Shown here: positions 57,695 to 64,000 of the stretch, piece by piece
How the letters are laid out: each line of letters begins with the position of its first letter
How positions within the stretch are numbered: position 1 is the stretch's first letter
Origin: Eledone cirrhosa
Lineage: Eukaryota
Direction: 5' to 3'
Length of the DNA: 64,000 bases
Assembly (NCBI GenBank): GCA_964016885.1
Contig: OZ024742.1
Coordinates: forward strand, 13,082,001 to 13,146,000
The notes under the pieces: generated by a model
What the model was told of the DNA's origin: nothing
Databases searched by the model: none
Seen by the model: the letters and a program-made list of their open reading frames with translations, nothing else
Made by a program: the position numbers and the translations under genes

Positions 57695-57950
57695 TAGTCT
57701 ACGACTTCAGCTATACCATTTACGTGGTTTTGTCTTTGCGTGCGACGCTCCACATATGACGTATTACCTTCGTTTTTTCTGTTCATTGCCAGAGAACATC
57801 TCTATGAACCACCTAAGAGAACATTAGTCTACGTCTTCTTTTATACCATAAACGTGGTTTAGTCTTTGCGTGTAATTGTTTTTCACCGCTCCTATTAATG
57901 ACGTATTATATTCGTTTTTTCCCGTTCTTTGCCAGGGAACGTTTCCACGA
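57695..57950. repeat. Diverged tandem duplication, period ~130 bp
   Basis: tagtctacg...tatacca..acgtggttt.gtctttgcgtg and atgacgtatta..ttcgttttt...gttc.ttgccag.gaac each occur twice. Confidence 0.65.
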
Positions 57951-58083
57951 ACCAAAGTATCGTCTTCCTGTCTTCCTCCGGTTGCAACGTTTTTTGAAAT
58001 ATCCACTTCCGCGTTTACAGATTGACTTTGTTAGTTTCAGAAGATCCCGTTAAGGGTGAAAGCAGCGATTCTTTGCTTAAACT

Positions 58084-58099
58084 TTAATCTGTTATTTTA

Positions 58100-58165
<66 letters not shown>
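58084..58165. repeat. (TA)n microsatellite
   Basis: Seen directly. Confidence 0.95.
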
Positions 58166-58169
<4 letters not shown>

Positions 58170-58853
58170 AAATGTGTGAGATCCTTGGTACAGTTAGGTA
58201 TATTTCAAAAAAAGGAAAAGAATGACTTCACTTGTAGTGTTAAATAATTTGATTTAATTTAATAATATTATAATATTATGAGTTGGTAGATCTAGTAAGT
58301 TCTTTGTTAACTTCGGTGGGAAGAATTTTAAAGATTCCTGGTTAACTTTGTTGGAGAACTTTCTCGCATTCCTCGGTGGCGATTGTCAAACTGAGATCAG
58401 GTTGTGTTGAGATGTGTGACTATATATAAGAGAGATTTGGATGTGTCTGGTGTGTGGTGTTAATGAGTGTTGATGAAGATTTGGAGGAATTAAAGCATAC
58501 ACACACACACACACACATATATATATACACTCAGAAAATGGTGAGGTTGCAAGATAATGGTGTTTGAGAAAGTTGTTGTAAACATCCTCTCCTGCTGGTT
58601 TTATTTCATTAGCTGACCTTTGATGAGTATATAATGGCAGGGTGATTTTCAAATTCGTTTCTTATAGCTGAATCAATTATCTTAAATTTATAAAGAATAT
58701 CTTCTACAAATTTCTATATCAATGATGAATTTAGGTGCGTGTCTGGGTTTTAATGAGGTGTAAGATACATGTCTTTTGATAAGAATGGGATGACGGTAAA
58801 AAGAGAAAAGAAGGATAGTTTTGGAACGTTTGTCAAAAATGTGTTGTTGATAA

Positions 58854-58928
58854 TACTTGAATTTCCGTTCAGCACACCCATCACATACCAAAAGGAACAT
58901 GCTTTTTAACATTGCCAGACGCATTCTA
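58854..58928 (+). pseudogene. Fragment of Penelope-like element reverse transcriptase (C-terminal region)
   Basis: Translates as YLNFRSAHPSHTKRNMLFNIARRIL, matching the recalled PLE motif YL.F.S.HP.H.K.......A.RI. Adjacent to a hammerhead ribozyme. Confidence 0.6.
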
Positions 58929-58963
58929 TTAGAATCCAACATTCATAATTTTCAACAGATAAG

Positions 58964-59025
58964 GGGAGTGCTAAGCTCTGAGGAATATCAACAGTATGAA
59001 ACAGAGATCTGTCAGCTTATCTCCC
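58964..59025 (+). ncRNA. Type I hammerhead ribozyme motif
   Basis: Stem I TAAGCT (58972-77)/AGCTTA (59014-19), extended by GGGAG/CTCCC. Core CTGAGGA (58978-84). Stem II ATA-tcaacag-TAT. GAAA (58998-59001). Stem III CAG-agat-CTG. GTC triplet with predicted cleavage after 59013. Confidence 0.8.
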
Positions 59026-59087
59026 TACTTTAAAACAATAGTGTAACGTCTTCAAAATGCTTTTAATTAAGCATACCAAATATAATA

Positions 59088-59095
59088 TATATACA

Positions 59096-59167
<72 letters not shown>

Positions 59168-59239
59168 TACATATATGTATGCATAGCATACATATATGTA
59201 TATACGCACGAATATAATATAACATATATACATACATAC
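59088..59239. repeat. (TA)n and AT/AC-rich simple repeat
   Basis: Seen directly. Confidence 0.9.
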
Positions 59240-60283
59240 GAAGAAAGTAGTCTATCTTGGACCAACAACCGCTATATTGGCTCCCACGTTGAAGGATACG
59301 CTTTTGCAATCCAAGAACAGGAGATTAACACGAAATACCTGTTTCACAAAAGAGATAGGGATGCAGGCAAAACAACTAGATGTGATAACAAGTGCAGACT
59401 CTGCAGAACTAACATCGAGGATATCACCCATGTCATCAGCAGCTGTCCAAAGATGTCATCGCGGTACTATCTACCTATGAGGCATGATGTAGTGGCCAAA
59501 ACACTGTACAATGCAGTTCGTAAAAAGGATAGCTCCGATAATAAACGCATTAAAAGCTACAGCAATGTGGAAGACATCCACGTACATAATATGAAAGAGT
59601 ACTGGTGGAATGTTCGAGTAAAAAACCCCAATAAAATGCAGGCATAACGGCCCAGATATTATGATATGGGACAGGGAAAAGAAGGCATGCACAGTAGTGG
59701 AAGTTAGCTGCCCAGCAGATGCCAATATAATATCAAATATTAGCGAAAAGGAGATATTTATGCAGAACTGATGAGAAATCTGCAGATACACACCCTGATT
59801 ACACCTTCAGATTTATGCCTGTGATTATTGGGGCACTGGGATATGTTAGTAACTGCCTCAATACAAATCTTGAGAATCTGGGCTTCACAGGAACAGAAAG
59901 AACACAACTAGTTAGGAAATTACAAGTACAATCCATTAATGGAACAGTAAAAATGTGTAAAACATTCTAAAAATGTTGCATCTAATAACTGCATATACAC
60001 ATGTACAGATACTAAGCATATACACATGCACACATACAACTCAAAATATACACATCCACACATACAATAACATCCATATCTACACATGCATACATAATCT
60101 ACCTAGTTGATGTTGTGTAAATTCCAATGAGAAAGTCTTGTGTCTATGTTAGAAACCGACTCTCTCTCTATTGGGAACAAATTTGTGAAATTATAAAATC
60201 AGAACATACATACATACATACATACATACATACATACATACATACATACATACATACATACATACATACATACATACATACAT
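59240..60283 (+). mobile_element. 5'-truncated non-LTR retrotransposon with restriction-like endonuclease (R4/Dong-like), frameshifted
   Basis: AIQEQEINTKY, CCHC knuckle CRLC-X8-H-X4-C and RHD motif. After a frameshift: PDIMIWD...VEVSCP (PD-(D/E)xK-like) and PVIIGALG, stop at 59968-59970. 3' UTR stem-loop ~60124-60174 and (CATA)n tail 60204-60283. Confidence 0.85.
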
Positions 60284-60326
60284 GATGGCTGCCCCCTCGT
60301 TATCGAGTATGGCCATTGCACGAGAA

Positions 60327-60339
60327 GAAAAAAAAAAAA

Positions 60340-60394
<55 letters not shown>

Positions 60395-60650
60395 AAGAAA
60401 ATAAAAAAAATAATAAAAATAAAAAATAAAAAAAATATATATATATATATATATATACATACACATATACACACACACACTCACACACACATATACATAC
60501 ACACATACATTAATAACAATAATAATAATAATAATAATAATAACAACAATAATAATAACGACAACAACAATAATAATATACATATACATATATATATACA
60601 CACACACGCACACACATAAGCATATCTACACACACACACACACACACACG
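60327..60650. repeat. Compound microsatellite: A-run, (TAA)n, (TA)n, (CA)n
   Basis: Seen directly. Confidence 0.95.
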
Positions 60651-60657
60651 ATAGCAA

Positions 60658-63600
60658 CTAACAGCGCTGCGATCGAATGTGGCTTTTTAGCCCAGCCAAT
60701 GATCTAAAATGTCTTGCACAGAGTCGGCAACCAAAACATTCACTGGGAATAATCGGCTGTGGTTGGAGTTCGTGTACTTTTGCATGTCGCTTGAGCCCTC
60801 CTGCTGATTTACATTCTCCTTATACCTATTTTTTGGTTTATGTGGCGGTCGTTTTCCTTTAACCAACTCTCCATAAAAGAGTTGTTTTGGTATTCTAGAA
60901 TCCTTCATCCTGGCAAGGTGACCACTCCAACGGAGTCGTTGCTTAAGCACAAGAGCTTCTATACTGTCACACATAGAGCTTTCCAAAATCTCGACATCAC
61001 TGATGTGGTCCCTCCAGTGAACGCCATGGATCCGTCTGAGACGCATCTGATGGAAACGCTCCAATTGCTTAAGGTGGTGTCGATATGTGACCCAGGTCTC
61101 GCAGGCATAAAGAAGACAAGAGAGCACACATGCCCTGTACACCTTTACTTCTGTCCTCCTGCATATGTCTCGCCGACCCCAGAGTCGCCTTTCTAGCTTT
61201 CCGAAAGCATCACTTGCTTTCCCAATCCTAAGTGAGATTTCACTGTCAAGGTTGCCGTATCGATTGACAGTGCTTCCCAGGTAGACAAACTGATCAACCA
61301 CTCCAAGTCGTTTGCCATACACATAGATGTTTGGTTCAGTGTACTGCTTACCAGGGGTAGGTTGGTACATGACACGGTTTTCTTGAGACTGACAGTGAGA
61401 CCTAGGGCAGTGCAAGCGTCAGAAAATGCATTCAAAATGTGCTGCATATCACTCTCTGTGTGCGCTACAAGATCGCAATCATCTGCATACAAGAGGTCTC
61501 TTATGATTGATGTAAATACTTTTGTCTTCGCAGCAAAGCGCCTGATGTTAAATATGCTGTCTGAGGTTCGATATCGGATTTAAACACCATGCTCGCAATT
61601 CCTGAATGCAATACAGAAAACCATTGCAAAGTATATGGCAAACAGGGTCGGTGCTGGAATATCCCCCTGTTTCACACCATTTTTTACTGAGATAGGCTCC
61701 GACATGTTACCCCCGACATTAACCCAAGCCTTCATGTCGTCATTTAAAGACCTAACTAAAGCAAGGAACTTATCAGGGCAATCAAGTTTCTGGAGAACCT
61801 TCCATAATGCATCTCTGTTAACAGTATCGAAAGCTTTTGTCAGATCGACAAAAACCTGATACAGATCCAAGCCTTGTTCCATGCACTTCTCCTGGAGCTG
61901 TCTAGCTGAGAGGATCATATCAGTAGTGCCGCGTCCAGCACGAAAACCAAATTGACTTTCAGGAAGAACACAATCTGCAATGTGTGTCAGCAGACGGTCC
62001 AGAAGCACCCTACATAAAACTTTCCCTACGACAGAAAGCAATGATATACCTCTGTAGTTCCCACAATCGTTCCTGTTACCCTTTCCCTTGTACAAGTCCA
62101 CCATTACTGCATCTCTCCAGTCCTCAGGTACGGATTCATTAGCCCATATCCTGCCAAACAAAGAATGAAGATGTTGCAGGAGTCTCTCAAAACCATATTG
62201 TAGGAGCTCAGCATGTATGCTATCCATACCTGGAGATCTTCCACTGTTCAGCTTCGAAATAGCCACTGCAACCTCCACAAGCGTCGAAGGTTCTGCAAGA
62301 GCTACTTTCACAGGACTTTCTGGAATGAGATTCAGGAAATCTTCACTGACGACAGACGGCTGATTCAAAAGATCATCAAAGTGCTCTCGCCACCTTCGTA
62401 GAATTCCTTGTGAGTCACGAAGAAGTTCTTTGCCATCCCTGCTGCGAAGCGGTGTCATCAGAGAAGAAGACGGTCCATAAACCTCACGCAAGAGACTGTA
62501 CAACAGCTTTGTGTTATTGGAATCAGACGCAGTTTGTATCTCACCAGCCTTCTCACTCCACTACTGATCCTTCATCTGAGAAAGACTCCGCCTAACACGT
62601 GATTTTACATCCCTGAGTTCCTCATGCAACGTATTCCTCTCCTGTGGTTTTGCCGTCAAGTAGCGTTACAGAGCACGCCTCTTATCAGCCAACAAGTCTT
62701 CTATATGTACATCATTCTCATTAAACCAGTCCTGATGTTTCCTCTGCGCCAATCCCAGAACACGCCTGCCTACATCATAAACCGACTTTTTAAGGGTCGG
62801 CCAATCCTCACCAACATCTGCAGCCTGCATCTCTTCTTCCAATGTCCTATTCACATGTTTATCCTTAAGACGAGCAGCATTCAATCTTTTGGGCAGGGTA
62901 ACACCAGGAACCCGGATTTTACGTTTAGTGATTAGTTTCAGTTTTGCGCGTACCAGGCGGTGGTCCGTCCAGCACTCAGTTCCACGAAGAACACGAACAC
63001 ACTGCACATCCTGTCTGTCACGCATCCTGACTAGGACGTAGTCCAAAAGATGCCATTCCTTAGATGCAGGATGCATCCATGTGGTCTTGAATTTGTTCTT
63101 TTGTTGGAACATGGTGTTGGTAACACACAGATCCAGCTCCTCACACATCTGCAGCAGGAGCATACCATTGCTGTTACACTTTCCCAGCCCATGCCTTCCG
63201 ATTACATTCCATGTGTTAAAATCCCTACCCACTCTAGCATTAAAGTCACCAAGCACGATGACTTTGTCTGCCTGAGGGATATTTCTTAAAACACCTTTCA
63301 AGGCATGGTAAAAGGACACCTTTTCCTCATCGACAGAACTCATAGTTGGAGCATACACACTCACCAGGGTAGCATATCTTCCCTTGTCCAGCGGAACTCT
63401 CATGGACATAAGACGCTCACTAATCCCTACTGGGAATTCTTCTAATTTGTTCACAAGCACAGTCTTAACAGCAAATCCTACCCCAGCCTCTCTTCTGGTT
63501 CCTTCATCTCTTCCTTTCCAGAAGAATGTATATTCTCCACAAAATTCCGTAAGATGACCATCTCCAGCTAGCCTCGTCTCAGATAAAGCCACGATGTCAA

Positions 63601-63860
63601 GATCGTAACGTCGAAGCTCCTTTGCAAAAAGATCGGTCCTTCGTTCAGGACGCCCCAAGGAATCCCTGTCAAGCAGCGTCCGTACGTTCCAGCAGCCAAG
63701 ACTAAATGCCTTGTTTGGCTCTATTACAATGGCACGATGACGAGCGGGCCCAGGCTGTGATAACCTGGGTCCCCTGCCCTTATTGCCAATGATCTTTTTT
63801 GTTCCAGAACCTAAATTGCCAATTATCTCTTTTATATTGTTCTGAACATCATTGAATTGG
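60658..63860 (-). pseudogene. Disrupted RTE EN-RT polyprotein
   Basis: One ancestral ORF is broken into 62666-63901, 61580-62503, 61193-61492 and 60687-61415 by a nonsense codon at 61580, frameshifts near 62666 and 61370, and an apparent internal deletion near 60813. Confidence 0.88.
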
Positions 63861-63920
63861 AAAAAAAAAAAAAAAAAAAAAAGTAATAATAATAGTAACA
63901 ATAATAATAATAATAATAAT
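63861..63920. repeat. Poly-A run followed by (TAA)n
   Basis: Seen directly. Confidence 0.9.
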
Positions 63921-64000
63921 AGTACACTATCAACAATTATTAATGCACTCGTGCAATGCCTGTGCGTGACAAATATTTTTAAAGTGAGGAAAGACTGTGC

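Larger units (their letters stand above)
60284..63860 (-). mobile_element. RTE-clade LINE, near full-length and inactivated (APE endonuclease + RT + C-terminal zinc fingers)
   Basis: EN motifs GCWNVRTL, VALSETR, VYAPT, GDFNARVG, LDYVLV, TDHRLV. RT motifs NYRGISLLS, QFGFR, FVDLTKAFDTV, GVKQGD, YADD, FVYLGS, LLYACETW, RLRWSGHL. Natural stop at 60658-60660. The probable 3' terminus at 60284-60326 is less certain. Confidence 0.92.

Noticed and set aside
58617-58672. Possible small minus-strand exon (ag...gt, IRNEFENHPAIIYSSK)
   Set aside because: Weak polypyrimidine tract, no recognisable homology and no partner exons.
60840-63289. Plus-strand ORFs overlapping the RTE
   Set aside because: Antisense shadows of the retrotransposon coding sequence with no independent motifs.
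63921-64000. Possible Tc1/mariner TIR start, and an 11-bp inverted match (ctcgtgcaatg) to 60313-60323
   Set aside because: Too short and cut by the window edge; compatible with chance.

Overview
Eukaryotic, repeat-rich DNA with no intact host gene. The SINE families suggest an octopus or other coleoid cephalopod (inference from recalled family sequences). Bases 1-48925 are one head-to-tail satellite of ~82-bp monomers (~590 copies by length) with layered higher-order repeats. On the minus strand each monomer is a tRNA-like RNA polymerase III head: A box TGGCCTAGTGG, 33-nt spacer, B-box variant GGTTTGATTCC. It resembles tRNA-Arg and a SINE head found 7.7 kb away at 56578-56622. All ORFs in the array are spurious. 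The 15-kb flank holds a decayed RTE endonuclease remnant, ten copies of a second tRNA-derived SINE (tandem and inverted), long palindromes, a Penelope-like RT fragment next to a complete type I hammerhead ribozyme (58964-59025), a 5'-truncated R4/Dong-like retrotransposon with a restriction-like endonuclease and (CATA)n tail, and a near full-length disabled RTE LINE on the minus strand.
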